The position numbers were made by a program, and so were the translations under genes. 64,000 nt of DNA from Thermodesulfobacteriota bacterium (lineage in GTDB: Bacteria; Desulfobacterota; Binatia; Bin18), in the NCBI GenBank assembly GCA_964291405.2, contig OZ219926.1:864001-928000 (forward strand). The letters run 5' to 3'. The stretch's first letter is position 1; each line of letters begins with the position of its first letter. The notes under the pieces are model-generated. The model made no database searches. It was given only the letters and a program-made list of their open reading frames with translations, and was not told the DNA's origin. Shown here piece after piece: positions 49,404 through 60,290 of this stretch.

Positions 49404-52025
49404 TTACGCCACCTCAGCCACCGGTGCGGTCGTGAAGGTGAGGGCGTGGTGGTCGTAGTCGACGATCACGTGAGCATTCTCAGCCACCTCGCCGGCGATG
49501 ATTTTCCGGCCAAGATTGGTCTCTATCTCTTTCTGGAGGAGACGCTTGAGCGGCCGCGCCCCGTAGGTCGGGTCATAGCCGGTCTGGGCAAAATATTCCT
49601 TAGCACTTTCCGTCAGTTCGAGCGTGATTTGCCGCTCGGCCAGCCGCTCCCGCAAGTGTCCGAGCTGAATCTCGACGATCTGTTTGAGGTGGTCTCGGCT
49701 CAGACTGTGGAAGACCACGATCTCGTCAACCCGATTCAGAAATTCCGGCCGGAATTCGTTTCGCAGGGCATCCAGCACATCCCCCTTCATGCGCTCATAC
49801 GCCTCGGCGTCATCACCGCCCCGATAGCCCAGGATCAACTGGCTGCCGACGTTCGAGGTCATAATGATAACAGTGTTCTTAAAGTCAACCGTCCGTCCGT
49901 GCCCATCGGTTAACCGTCCGTCGTCCAAAATCTGGAGTAAGGCATTGAAGACGTCGGGATGGGCTTTTTCGATCTCATCAAACAGAATGACGGAATAGGG
50001 TTTCCGCCGGACCGCTTCGGTCAGTTGCCCGCCTTCGTCATAGCCCACATACCCCGGAGGCGCACCAATGAGACGCGCAACCGTATGCTTCTCCATATAT
50101 TCCGACATATCGAGCCGGACCATATTCGTCTCATCGTCAAACAAAAACTCGGCCAGCGCACGGGCCAGTTCGGTTTTTCCCACGCCGGTCGGTCCCAGAA
50201 AGATGAACGACCCAATCGGTCGGTGCGGGTCCTTGAGTCCCGAGCGGGCCCGAATCACCGCGTCGGCCACCGCCTGGACGGCCTCTTCCTGACCGATCAG
50301 CCGGTGATGTAACAGCTCGCCGAGCTGCAATAATTTTTCCCGTTCGCCTTCGAGCAGCTTTGCAACGGGAATGCTCGTCCAGCGCGAGATAATGGCGGCG
50401 ATATCGTCTTCGTCAACCTCCTCCTTGAGGAGGCGACTCGGACCCTGTTCGCTCTGGAGCTTGGCTTCCCCATCCGCCAAGTCGCGCTCAAGCTGGGCCA
50501 ACTTGCCGTATTTCAGTTCGGCGACCCGGTTGAGGTCGTAGTCGCGCTCGGCCTTTTCAATGGCGCGCCGGGTCTGCTCAATTTCCTCTTTGAGACTGCG
50601 GAGCTGACCAATGCTGTTCTTCTCCATCTCCCACCGGGCGGTGAGCGCCCCGGCCTCAGCCTGGCAATCCGCCAGGTCCTTTTCCAGCTTCTCCAGCCGG
50701 AGCCGCGAGGCCTGGTCGGTCTCCTTGCGCAGGGCCTCGCGCTCAATTTCAAGCTGCAAGACCCGCCTGGACACCTCGTCCAGTTCGGTCGGCATGGAGT
50801 CGATTTCGGTGCGGAGCCGGGCCGCGGCTTCGTCCATCAGATCGATGGCCTTATCCGGCAGGAAGCGATCACTGATGTAGCGGTGCGACAAGACCGCCGC
50901 GGTCACCAGCGCCGCGTCCTTGATGCGAACCCCGTGGTGGATTTCGTAGCGTTCGCGCAGTCCCCGCAGAATGGAGATCGTGTCTTCCACGGACGGCTGG
51001 TCAACCGTGACCGGCTGAAAGCGCCGCTCCAGCGCCCGGTCCTTTTCCACATATTGACGATACTCGTCCAGCGTGGTCGCCCCGATGCAGTGCAGCTCGC
51101 CACGGGCCAGCATCGGTTTCAGCAGATTGGACGCGTCCATGGCGCCCTCCGACGCTCCCGCGCCGACCACCGTATGCAACTCGTCTATAAACAGAATAAC
51201 CTCGCCCTCGGACTCCTGGACCTCTTTGAGTACGGCTTTGAGCCGCTCCTCAAACTCACCCCGAAATTTTGCACCGGCAACCAGCGCGCCCATATCCAGG
51301 ACGATCACGCGGCGATTCTTCAGACTTTCCGGCACATCGCCGCTGACAATGCGCTGCGCCAGCCCTTCCACAATGGCGGTCTTGCCAACACCCGGGTCAC
51401 CGATCAGCACCGGATTGTTCTTGGTGCGGCGAGAGAGCACCTGCACGATCCGGCGAATTTCATCATCCCGGCCAATAACCGGGTCGAGCTTGCCCAAGCT
51501 GGCCGCCCGCGTCAGGTCCCGGCCATAACGTTCCAGGGCCTGGTAGGTGCCCTCCGGATTTTGATTGGTCACACGCTGGTGGCCGCGCACTTTCTGGAGC
51601 GCCGCAAGCAGACGCTCTCGACTCAGGCCGTGGTCGCGCAGCAAACGACCCGTCGCGCCCTCGTCTTCCAGCATGGCCAGCAGCAGATGCTCAACGCTGA
51701 CGTAGTCGTCTTTCAGTTCCTTGGCTTCATCGTCAGCGCGGGTGAGCAACTGGGACAGGCGCTGGGTGACGTAGACGTGGTCCGGGCCACTGGCCGGACC
51801 GGAAACCTGCGGAACGCGATTCAGAAACTTTTCAAGCTCAGCGGTCAGCGCATCAAGGGGCACCCCGGCCTGGTTGATAAGAGCCGGAACGATTCCGTCG
51901 GGAGATTCCGTTAATGCGGCCAACACATGCTCAACATCAACTCCCTGGTGATTTCGTCGGGTTGCCAGCGCCTGGGCCTGGCGTAGAGCTTCTTGCGATT
52001 TTTCAGTCAAGCGATTGAGATCCAC
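49404..52025 (-). CDS. clpB: ATP-dependent chaperone ClpB
   Basis: Clp-N, GDPGVGKT, middle coiled coil, GPTGVGKT; 873 aa. Confidence 0.96.
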   Translation of the reverse strand: MDLNRLTEKSQEALRQAQALATRRNHQGVDVEHVLAALTESPDGIVPALINQAGVPLDALTAELEKFLNRVPQVSGPASGPDHVYVTQRLSQLLTRADDEAKELKDDYVSVEHLLLAMLEDEGATGRLLRDHGLSRERLLAALQKVRGHQRVTNQNPEGTYQALERYGRDLTRAASLGKLDPVIGRDDEIRRIVQVLSRRTKNNPVLIGDPGVGKTAIVEGLAQRIVSGDVPESLKNRRVIVLDMGALVAGAKFRGEFEERLKAVLKEVQESEGEVILFIDELHTVVGAGASEGAMDASNLLKPMLARGELHCIGATTLDEYRQYVEKDRALERRFQPVTVDQPSVEDTISILRGLRERYEIHHGVRIKDAALVTAAVLSHRYISDRFLPDKAIDLMDEAAARLRTEIDSMPTELDEVSRRVLQLEIEREALRKETDQASRLRLEKLEKDLADCQAEAGALTARWEMEKNSIGQLRSLKEEIEQTRRAIEKAERDYDLNRVAELKYGKLAQLERDLADGEAKLQSEQGPSRLLKEEVDEDDIAAIISRWTSIPVAKLLEGEREKLLQLGELLHHRLIGQEEAVQAVADAVIRARSGLKDPHRPIGSFIFLGPTGVGKTELARALAEFLFDDETNMVRLDMSEYMEKHTVARLIGAPPGYVGYDEGGQLTEAVRRKPYSVILFDEIEKAHPDVFNALLQILDDGRLTDGHGRTVDFKNTVIIMTSNVGSQLILGYRGGDDAEAYERMKGDVLDALRNEFRPEFLNRVDEIVVFHSLSRDHLKQIVEIQLGHLRERLAERQITLELTESAKEYFAQTGYDPTYGARPLKRLLQKEIETNLGRKIIAGEVAENAHVIVDYDHHALTFTTAPVAEVA

Positions 52026-52094
52026 GTAGCCCTCCTTCCTCCCGGCCGTTCGGGCTCGGTCGTTTTTAACTGGCTGTGACTCTTGACTGTAAAA

Positions 52095-52122
52095 AAGGTA
52101 AGGCTGATTTGGGGCGTGTCAA
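52095..52122 (-). promoter_or_regulatory. Putative sigma70-type clpB promoter
   Basis: TTGACA-N16-TACCTT on the minus strand. Confidence 0.45.
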
Positions 52123-52129
52123 GGAGAAA

Positions 52130-52187
52130 AGGAGTGCGGGCTTCCAGCCCGCATGGCGGCCAGGATGGCCGCCCTCCCAGGAGAGGA
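52130..52187. repeat. REP-like element, inverted copy of the cargo at ~43041-43096
   Basis: GGAGTGCGGGCTTCCAGCCCGC..GGCGGCC..GGCCGCCCTCCCAGGAG. Confidence 0.75.
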
Positions 52188-52256
52188 GGCCGCAGGACCG
52201 GGGTGAGGGAGAAATACAAGCTGGGACACGGCCCGGACGGCGTATGCCCGGCGCGT

Positions 52257-53645
52257 TTACCCGACGGCTCTTTCTTTTCGATCCATCAGATCCACGACCT
52301 TGGGCGACTGTGTCTCCGCCACCCAGCTCGTCATACGCTGCACGGCTTCGATCATATCGCCACACCAGCGCTCGATAAAATCGGCCGGGAGATCGTGGTC
52401 GAGCGGGATTGCCTCACTCGCGGTGAGAGCCCGCGCCCCGTCAAAGCCGACATAGGCAATCCGGGCGGTGAGTTCCTCCCGCGGGCGCTGAAATGCCGAC
52501 CCGGGCAGGACGGCAACACCCGTATCGCGCAGGAGCGCCTCACACAAAGAGTCACTATCCATGACACCACGCTGCGCCAGCCGCTCGGCAAAAGGTGAAA
52601 AATCCGGGAAGAGATAAAAAGCGCCAACCGGCGCATGCACCCGGACACCGGCCGCCTGAAGAATCTGCGTACAGCGTTGGCCCAGGTCCGACAGAATGCG
52701 ACGGACGTGCGAGAGATAGCGTTCGATCCCGATGCTGGCCTGAAACGCCCTGGTGGCCGCATATTGAATCGGGGAGCTGACCGACGTATAGGTCTCGCTG
52801 GCCACGGCCGCCATCGCTTCCATCAGCCAGAGCAAGTCCGGCGGAAAGGTAAACGTCCCGAGTCGCCAGCCGCCGGCGCCACACCATTTGGACAGCCCGG
52901 AACTGATGATTGTTCCTTCCGGATAGAAGCGGGCGACAGACACGTGCGCTCCCTGGTGATGGAGTTGACCATAAATTTCATCCGACAGCAGAATCACCCC
53001 GAACCGCCGCGCGACCGCGGCCAACTCTTCGAGTTCGTGCGCCGTATAGCTGCCCCCCTCAGGGTTGCCAGGATAATTCAACACCAGAATACGCGGCCGG
53101 TCCGGATCGGCTTTGCAGATGGCTTCCAGGCGCTGGGGGGAGACGCGCCAGTTCTCTTCGAATGTCGTCGGGATCAGATTGACGGTGCGACCAATGATGC
53201 GAGCCTGCGGGATATAGGACACCCAGGCTGGAGACGGCACGAGCAATTCGCCGTAAAAGGTCAGCTGCAAGAGGAACAGGAGTTCCTTTGAGCCGGGCCC
53301 GACCAGGACGCCCTCGGGGCGGGCCTGCACGCGGTCTTTCTGGCGATGAAACTCCGCCACGGCTTCCCGCAGGGCGGGCAGACCGGCGACGGGCAGGTAA
53401 TCGTCTTCGTGGGCGTGCAGCCGGAGCGCGTTCACCACCTCAGACGGAATGGGAAACGGCGATTGACCCAGCCCGAGTTTATAGACGCGGCGCCCTTCGC
53501 GGCGGAGCACGTTGCTCCGCTCGTTGATCGCTAAGGTTGCGGACTGTCCAAGCCCTCTCACGTTGAGATTGAGGCTGCCACATCGGTGATGACCCTGAGT
53601 CTCCACTGCATCCACCTCCCCCACCATCCCCCGGCGTTGTCTCAC
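52257..53645 (-). CDS. Class I/II PLP aminotransferase (AspAT-like; start uncertain)
   Basis: GLGQSPF, NYPGNP, SDEIY, GLSKWCGAGGWRLG. Confidence 0.9.
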   Translation of the reverse strand: MRQRRGMVGEVDAVETQGHHRCGSLNLNVRGLGQSATLAINERSNVLRREGRRVYKLGLGQSPFPIPSEVVNALRLHAHEDDYLPVAGLPALREAVAEFHRQKDRVQARPEGVLVGPGSKELLFLLQLTFYGELLVPSPAWVSYIPQARIIGRTVNLIPTTFEENWRVSPQRLEAICKADPDRPRILVLNYPGNPEGGSYTAHELEELAAVARRFGVILLSDEIYGQLHHQGAHVSVARFYPEGTIISSGLSKWCGAGGWRLGTFTFPPDLLWLMEAMAAVASETYTSVSSPIQYAATRAFQASIGIERYLSHVRRILSDLGQRCTQILQAAGVRVHAPVGAFYLFPDFSPFAERLAQRGVMDSDSLCEALLRDTGVAVLPGSAFQRPREELTARIAYVGFDGARALTASEAIPLDHDLPADFIERWCGDMIEAVQRMTSWVAETQSPKVVDLMDRKERAVG

Positions 53646-53893
53646 GGTCGATGCGCCTTGCGTGCGCTCCTACCAGAATACCGTATGTCTGGGAGAGATA
53701 CAAATATGAGCGAATTTTGGTAGTGGCTGATGTATTATACGGTGGGCTTGTTCGACTTCCGCCTTCGTAGCAAGGTGGGATCGTGCACCTCGAATTTCAA
53801 CCGGTAATTCCCTGACATCGGTCATGTCACTGCGAAGGCTGTTCAACTCGGTGGTGACGATGTTTCGGAAATATTGTTAGGTACTCAAACCCG

Positions 53894-54409
53894 ATGCGGA
53901 CCTATTTCGAGTTTACCAGCGCCACCCCCGTGCTCGTCACGACCCTCATCATCACGGTGACGCTGCTCGGCTGGGTGTTTCCCGCCGTGCCCATTGATGG
54001 CGAGTCCTTGGACGTCAAACCCGGCTATACCTACGAGGAAGCCCTGTCGGCCCTCGAAGGCTATGGCGCAGAAGGCCGCTGGGTGTATGCCTGGGCCAGC
54101 CTGACGCTCGATACGGTGCTGCCCATAGTCTATGTGAGTTTCTTCGCGGGCCTCGTGTATCGACTCCGACCGAAAGCATCCCTGTGGTGGCTGGCGTACC
54201 TGCCGGTCGCGGTCGGCGTGGTTGATGTGGGCGAAAATATCCAAATCGTGCTTATGCTCATGCAGTATCCCGACATCTCCGCCGCACAGGTCGCGAGCGC
54301 CTCATTCTTCACGCTGTCAAAACACGCCGGGTTCATCCTGTGCGTGGCGCTCGCTGTCATCCTGATGGCGAACACGATACGCGAGCGTCTGTACCAGGAC
54401 CGGGGATAG
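53894..54409 (+). CDS. Hypothetical membrane protein
   Basis: 4 TM segments; YGAEGR..LDT..P, D..EN, K motif. Confidence 0.7.
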   Translation: MRTYFEFTSATPVLVTTLIITVTLLGWVFPAVPIDGESLDVKPGYTYEEALSALEGYGAEGRWVYAWASLTLDTVLPIVYVSFFAGLVYRLRPKASLWWLAYLPVAVGVVDVGENIQIVLMLMQYPDISAAQVASASFFTLSKHAGFILCVALAVILMANTIRERLYQDRG

Positions 54410-54552
54410 AACGCCTCTTACAGCGCACAGCCTAAGCCCCAAACCCCGCCAAAACTCCGCGAAAGTCGGCCAGGAAAGGGGAAACTCGGCCAGTACCCGA
54501 ATTTCGGCCGGGAATCGGAACAAAACGTAGCGATGAGGAAACGCTGAACCCA

Positions 54553-57500
54553 TCAATATTTCTTCTGCCATAAAATATGGGCCTCGCTGGCCCCCCCCGA
54601 ACTGGAGGACGTATCGATCTGCCAGTGCGGGCTGAGCTGATATTCCAGAGAGACTTTCCGCTCACCCTTCTTCGTCAGGTCATGAGCGACGGATACCTGT
54701 AACCCCTTGGGCAAAGAGAAACCAAAGCCGACCGTCCCGCCGGCGATATCCAGATTCGAGAGTTTGAGGCCGGCCCCAAGCCTCTCCAGCCCAAGCGCTT
54801 GCGAGACCGACTCCCCGATCTTGGTCGCGGCGTAACCGCTCGTGATCGCCAACGCCTGTTTCTCAAGGTCAAGCTTTTCGCCTTGATCCAGCGCGCTGGC
54901 CGGCTTCCCAAACAGGAGAACGGCCAGGATATCGGCATGCTCCAATTCCGGCTGGCTGCGTAAGACGAGGCTGGGTTCGTCTGCGGTTCCCCGGACCACG
55001 GCTTCAACGGCATGGTCAGGTGCCTGGTATTGCGCCACAATGTCCAGACTCGGGTTGATCTTTCTCCCCCCGGTAAACTGGACTTTACCCCCGTCCAGGG
55101 TGAAACGCCGCCCCTGGAAACCCGCCCAGCCTTGAACGACTTTGATATCCCCGACCAGGCGGGGCTCCGCCCCACGTTCTTTCGTCACCGTGACCATACC
55201 AGTCAGATCAACTGCGGCGCTCGCGTGTTCGATCCGGGTATTTCGGTGGACTCGGACAGTCAGATCCATGGTCGCATGACGGGCGGCCCTGCCCTCGGCC
55301 CTTTGTTCTCTGACTGCGGCGTGCTCGGCCACAGAGCGAGCGGTCTCACCGACCGGGATAATGCGAATGGTTTCGTCCCGATTGACCGGCCTGCTATCGA
55401 GAAAGGCCAGGTCCGGGCGCAGGGTGGCCCGCAGAACTTCCACCGTACCGCTCAGATGTGGTGCAGCGAGGGCTCCGGATATGTTGACGGCCGCACCGAC
55501 ATCAGCCTGATACTGCCTGGTATGAATAGCCGGCCATTGGTGAGCGGTCAGGGTCACATCGATGCCCTCTGGCGTGTAGTTGCGTAAGCTGATTTCTCCC
55601 TGGCCTGTCAGCCTGCCTTTTCCGGAGACAGCAGAGATTTCCTCAATGCGAATCGCCTCAGGGTGAGCGGCCAGCGTCAGCGTTGCATCGGAGATCGTCG
55701 TTCCGAGTGGAGCGACCGTCACCTGACCATTGCGGAGCGTGATTGTTCCTTGCGGGAACAGGTCCGTCAGCGGTCCACGTAGGGCCATATCAACATGCAG
55801 TTCCCCAGCAATATCGCTGGCCTCTTTGCCACTCAGAGCGTTCAGAAAATCCAGGTTTAATCCGCTGGAGCGCGCACGGGCGTCGAGGTCCCCCAGGATT
55901 CCGGCTGTGAGCCCATCGTACCAATGCAGGGCAAGCGGCAGCGTCCCGGAGACCTGCAAGGCATGCTGCTCATCCTGCGCAAAGGTCAGGTCGAGCGCGG
56001 CCTGCCTGTCCCGATAGGTAAACGAAGACGACAGCCCTTGATATGGCTGTTCAACGATGCGTAACGGATCGATCGCCAGGTTTCCCTCGATAATCGGGGT
56101 CTCAGCAGTCCCGGAGAGCCGAATATGCGTAGACAGCGCGCCGGCAACGGTCGGCATATCCGGTACGAGCGGGCGCAGCTCGGCTACGGCAAACTCCTCG
56201 ACCCATACCTGAAAATCCTGCGCGCCGTGCGTTGAGGCGTGCCCGTCCAAGGCAATACGTTGATCCCCGTTCCTCAGTTGCAGGGCCTCGACCGCTATGG
56301 CCCCAGGCTGCTGTGTAACCGTAGCAGGTTCTCCCAATTCCCAGACGCCGCCGGGCAGTGTCAGTGCAAGCGCGCTCACGGACGCGCTCAACCGGTCGGG
56401 CTGCCGGACAATCTGCGTATCCAGATAATGGTTCCGAGACGTACTATCCGTCGCGTGAACCGTCAGCTGTCCCCCAAGAGCCTCTGTATGCGTCAACTTC
56501 AGTTGGACAGCAACAGATTGCAGTTCAACTCCGGCATGCAGTCCGGACAGTTCAACCGTTATCCTTCCCGTCGGCCACAGTTCGCCTCCGGTCAGATGAT
56601 ACTCGATCCTTCCTTGGGTGAGCGTCCCCCCTTGCAGCGCAACAGAGCGTGTCTGCCCGGTGCCAGAGGCGGCGAGTTTGGTCAGATTGCCCTCAGCTTC
56701 ACCCATCAGCGTGAGCTGACCGGTCCCCTTTTGGCCGGCCAGAGCCAGCCATGGGGCCAAGTCGGAGACGTTGAGCTGATACGACAGTTTCCCCATCTCC
56801 GCTAACGTCGTCCCCAGTTCCCCCCGCATCGCCAGACTGGCATTCCAGGCTTTGAGATGAACATCAGCAATATCCACCCTGCCATCGGCCACCGAGGCAT
56901 CAAGACGTCCACTCCGTATCGATATTGGGCCAAGACGCGAAGGAGCGAGCGTAAACAAGGCCCGGACATCCATGCCGGACGGGTCTGTCCCTCTGCCCCG
57001 CACCGTACCGGACAGGTTGAGGTCGCTCGTCATGACCGGGTGGGGATCGGCTTTTCCCCGCGTTCCGTTTCCTGCTCCCACACCCGGAACCATTTTTTGC
57101 AAGTCAAGGTGGTCAACCGCAAGCGTGAACGTGTACGCAAGCTCGTCCGCAAGCCGGATTTCAGCCTTCCAGTCTGCCCGACCCGACCTTGCGGCAATCG
57201 TCCCTGCGATCTCGCCTACTTGCTGCTTGACGCTACCGGTCAGCCCCACTTCGCCGACCCGCCACTCCCCAATACGAAAGTCCCGACCTTGAGCCACAGC
57301 ATTGCCGGTCAGGCCGACCAGGCCGGTCCCCCGCCCCGCCAATTCCAGGTTCCCCTCAAAGATACCGCCCAGGGCTTCGCTGCCTCGCAGCTTTGTGAGG
57401 TCAAAGCGGGAGAAAGCCACCGTGCCGGCGTACGCAGGTTCGCTCTGACTCAGGTCGGTCCACACCTGCCCCTTGAGTTCCGCGTCCGCGACTGCCAGCC

Positions 57501-58425
57501 GGATATCGGTGTGCAGGTCGGCGAGTTCGCCCGCAACGCGGACTTCTCCAGATACCGCCTCGTGGACCGGCCAGCCGGGAACAAGCGCAGCCAGGTCAGC
57601 CGCAGCCAGCTTTTGAATGGAAAGTGTTCCGTCCAGTGTCAACGTGTCCAGGTCCGCGACCTGACCGGTAAACCGCATCCGGGACTGCGCGGAAGTGAGA
57701 TCAATATGAGGGATGTCAATGGAGAGATGTTCCAGGTCTCCGTGGACTGCCGCCGAAGCGGCGAGGCTCAGCCGTGGGGCCGGAGCCGCGGCAATACTGG
57801 TCGTCAATCTATTGCATACGACATGCAATTGATCGCCCTCTAGTGCAGCCCTGGCCTCAAGGGTCATCTCGTGCAAACGATACGGAGCACGGTCGGCAGG
57901 AGCGACCTCGACCGCCCCGTTGTGGATAGTGGCGGCACCGAGAACAAGACCCAGACCGATTCCCGGCGAGGGGTTTGCACCCCGGTCTGTGTTCGGCACG
58001 AGGGCTTGAACCAGATCCCAATTGCCCGCCTCGTCTTGGGCCAGTCGAACGACAGGCTCATACACGTCAACCTGCGTCAGGCTCACCTGACCGTTGAGCA
58101 GCGGACGGAGCGCATACCGGACGGTCAACCGAGGAATATGCACGACATCCTTTTTGTCATACCGAACGATCAAATCGGTGAGTTGCAGACCCCGCCACAC
58201 CGACCCGCCCAGACCGCCCAAGCTGACCTCTCCGGGCAGGGCGGTGTTCAGGGTCGAGACGATATGGCCGTGCAGGAATTTCTGGAACTGCGCAGTCCGC
58301 AGGAAAAGGAGCGCCCCAATAACGAAAACAGCGCCCAGGCCTCCGACAATCAGCAACGTCCGCCACACGTACCGCACCCGTTCCCCCCTTAAAACGATTG
58401 TCCGATGCCAAAATGAACGCGCCAC
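54553..58425 (-). CDS. tamB: Translocation/assembly module TamB
   Basis: N-terminal anchor, long beta-rich body, C-terminal DUF490-like region; downstream of a TamA-like gene. Confidence 0.85.
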   Translation of the reverse strand: MARSFWHRTIVLRGERVRYVWRTLLIVGGLGAVFVIGALLFLRTAQFQKFLHGHIVSTLNTALPGEVSLGGLGGSVWRGLQLTDLIVRYDKKDVVHIPRLTVRYALRPLLNGQVSLTQVDVYEPVVRLAQDEAGNWDLVQALVPNTDRGANPSPGIGLGLVLGAATIHNGAVEVAPADRAPYRLHEMTLEARAALEGDQLHVVCNRLTTSIAAAPAPRLSLAASAAVHGDLEHLSIDIPHIDLTSAQSRMRFTGQVADLDTLTLDGTLSIQKLAAADLAALVPGWPVHEAVSGEVRVAGELADLHTDIRLAVADAELKGQVWTDLSQSEPAYAGTVAFSRFDLTKLRGSEALGGIFEGNLELAGRGTGLVGLTGNAVAQGRDFRIGEWRVGEVGLTGSVKQQVGEIAGTIAARSGRADWKAEIRLADELAYTFTLAVDHLDLQKMVPGVGAGNGTRGKADPHPVMTSDLNLSGTVRGRGTDPSGMDVRALFTLAPSRLGPISIRSGRLDASVADGRVDIADVHLKAWNASLAMRGELGTTLAEMGKLSYQLNVSDLAPWLALAGQKGTGQLTLMGEAEGNLTKLAASGTGQTRSVALQGGTLTQGRIEYHLTGGELWPTGRITVELSGLHAGVELQSVAVQLKLTHTEALGGQLTVHATDSTSRNHYLDTQIVRQPDRLSASVSALALTLPGGVWELGEPATVTQQPGAIAVEALQLRNGDQRIALDGHASTHGAQDFQVWVEEFAVAELRPLVPDMPTVAGALSTHIRLSGTAETPIIEGNLAIDPLRIVEQPYQGLSSSFTYRDRQAALDLTFAQDEQHALQVSGTLPLALHWYDGLTAGILGDLDARARSSGLNLDFLNALSGKEASDIAGELHVDMALRGPLTDLFPQGTITLRNGQVTVAPLGTTISDATLTLAAHPEAIRIEEISAVSGKGRLTGQGEISLRNYTPEGIDVTLTAHQWPAIHTRQYQADVGAAVNISGALAAPHLSGTVEVLRATLRPDLAFLDSRPVNRDETIRIIPVGETARSVAEHAAVREQRAEGRAARHATMDLTVRVHRNTRIEHASAAVDLTGMVTVTKERGAEPRLVGDIKVVQGWAGFQGRRFTLDGGKVQFTGGRKINPSLDIVAQYQAPDHAVEAVVRGTADEPSLVLRSQPELEHADILAVLLFGKPASALDQGEKLDLEKQALAITSGYAATKIGESVSQALGLERLGAGLKLSNLDIAGGTVGFGFSLPKGLQVSVAHDLTKKGERKVSLEYQLSPHWQIDTSSSSGGASEAHILWQKKY

Positions 58426-60257
58426 GGCTCATCATCGTCCGCAGGATCAATGGGGAAACCCACATCGAACCGCAACGGCCCGATACGCGTGGCGTAGCTC
58501 AGCCCAAAGCCGGGCGCAAATTGAAGATCATCAACCGGAATATCGTAGCTCTCAAGCGAGAGCTGACCAAAATCGAGGAAGACCGCCCCGGCCAGTTCAC
58601 GCCATAACGGCCGGCGCAGTTCGACCGACCCTTCGATCGCGCTGAGTCCTCCGAGCGGGTCGTCCGCATCGTTCAGGGCACCAAGTTTACGTCGGCCATA
58701 GCCTCGCACCCCTCCATCGCCGCCGGCATAAAAACGCTCCGACAGGGGAATGTTGCGCGGTGAGCCGAAAAAGTCGCTCAGGCCCATTTTCAGGCGAGTG
58801 GCAAGGACAACCCCCCATCCGAGACGCTGGTAGTGCTTTGCCTCAGCCGTCAGGCTAAAGAACCGATAATCCCCGCCCCAGACCGTCCCGGCTTGATTGG
58901 CAACCACGGACAGCATTCCGCCCTGGGCCGGATTCAGGAGGTCTTCGGTCGTATCCCAGACCAACCCAAGCGTCGGACCGGACAGTACGCCCTCGCGCCG
59001 CAGGCCCTCCAGAGCCCGGATAGTGGAACTGCCGACCTCGTTGAATTTCAGAAACTCGACCCGATAGTCAACAAAACCGGAGACGGTCGGAGAGAAGTGG
59101 CGCTCGATACGCGGACGCAGACGGGAATAATTGAGGAGATAGGTGTCTTCGTCTTCCTGTCCCTGCTTGGCGTCAATGAGCAGCACGGTATCATGGGCCA
59201 GAAAGTAGGGCTGCACGAAGGTGGCTCCAATAGAGCGCTGGATGGCTGACAAACGCAGTTCCGCGGACAGCCGGCGACCGCCCCCCAACCAATTCCGGTG
59301 CTGCCAGGCCGCCAGACCGATAAACTCCTCGTCCGTACTATAGCCGGCCCCAAGCCGAATACTGCGCGGCTCTTTCTCGGCCACACGGATGCGGATAGGA
59401 ACCTGACGCGGTTTCTCGCCCTCCTGCTGGAATTCCATCTGGACCGAGTGAAACAGGTCCAGATTCAGCAGATTCTGGCGCGACCGCTCAATAGCTGCCA
59501 GAGAAAACGGCTCGCCGGACGCATAGGTCAATTCTCTGAGCACGAGGTGCGGATCGACCGTCTGCGTGCCGGCAATATCGGTTGTCCCGAATATGGTCGG
59601 CGGTCCCGGCGAGATGGAGTACGTAACCCGCGCCTGCCGGGTATTCAGGTCAACCTCGGCCTTCCGCTCGATTTCAACCCAGGAATGACCATGCTGAAGA
59701 AAAATCTGGCGGAGGGCCTGATCGGTCTGCACGTAGGCTGACTCAGTGAAGAGTGCCCCGGACTCAAGCGGGAGACGCTCGGGAAGCGCCACACCGGTCC
59801 GGGCTTTTGCTCTGACATCGACGCTCAGCGCTCCAACCGTAACAGGCTCGTTTTCTTGAATCCGCACCGCCAGGGAAACGCTCCCCGTCGCGTCATCGGT
59901 GTACAGGTCATACGTCACCTGAGTCTGATAATAGCCCTGAGTTTCATAATAGTGTCGAACCCGTTCGAGATCTTGTTCAAACGTGACAGGGTCAAAGAGC
60001 GGCTGCTGTTTCCACGGCATATACCAGGGTCGGACTGTGGTTTGCAGCTCAGCCAGCAGGGTTTCGGTATCGAACTGCTCATTGCCGGAAAGCACAATCG
60101 ACTCGACCCGCCATGCACGTTCCGGGTCGAGTTGTTCGAGCGAGCGGGCGAAAACGACCGCCCCTCCCCAGCCCAGCAGCCAGACGAAACACAAAAGGAA
60201 GATGCCGGACACGGACCAGCACCCCTTTTTATCTCGCGGCTTTGTCATATGAGGCAC
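58389..60257 (-). CDS. Omp85 (TamA/BamA) family outer membrane protein
   Basis: 3 POTRA-like repeats, RFYAGG..VRGY, IGPLRFD, terminal GQSF. Confidence 0.9.
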   Translation of the reverse strand: MPHMTKPRDKKGCWSVSGIFLLCFVWLLGWGGAVVFARSLEQLDPERAWRVESIVLSGNEQFDTETLLAELQTTVRPWYMPWKQQPLFDPVTFEQDLERVRHYYETQGYYQTQVTYDLYTDDATGSVSLAVRIQENEPVTVGALSVDVRAKARTGVALPERLPLESGALFTESAYVQTDQALRQIFLQHGHSWVEIERKAEVDLNTRQARVTYSISPGPPTIFGTTDIAGTQTVDPHLVLRELTYASGEPFSLAAIERSRQNLLNLDLFHSVQMEFQQEGEKPRQVPIRIRVAEKEPRSIRLGAGYSTDEEFIGLAAWQHRNWLGGGRRLSAELRLSAIQRSIGATFVQPYFLAHDTVLLIDAKQGQEDEDTYLLNYSRLRPRIERHFSPTVSGFVDYRVEFLKFNEVGSSTIRALEGLRREGVLSGPTLGLVWDTTEDLLNPAQGGMLSVVANQAGTVWGGDYRFFSLTAEAKHYQRLGWGVVLATRLKMGLSDFFGSPRNIPLSERFYAGGDGGVRGYGRRKLGALNDADDPLGGLSAIEGSVELRRPLWRELAGAVFLDFGQLSLESYDIPVDDLQFAPGFGLSYATRIGPLRFDVGFPIDPADDDEPWRVHFGIGQSF

Positions 60258-60290
60258 CAGAAAACATGAAGAAAAGAACTGTCGGGGTCG

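Noticed and set aside
50883-51914. Long antisense ORFs opposite clpB (similar ones opposite ispG, yihY, tamB and the spermidine synthase-like gene)
   Set aside because: Typical shadow ORFs of GC-rich coding sequence, with no recognisable motifs.
54430-54550. Short TCGGCC repeats after tamB
   Set aside because: Too short and irregular to support a repeat family or RNA call.
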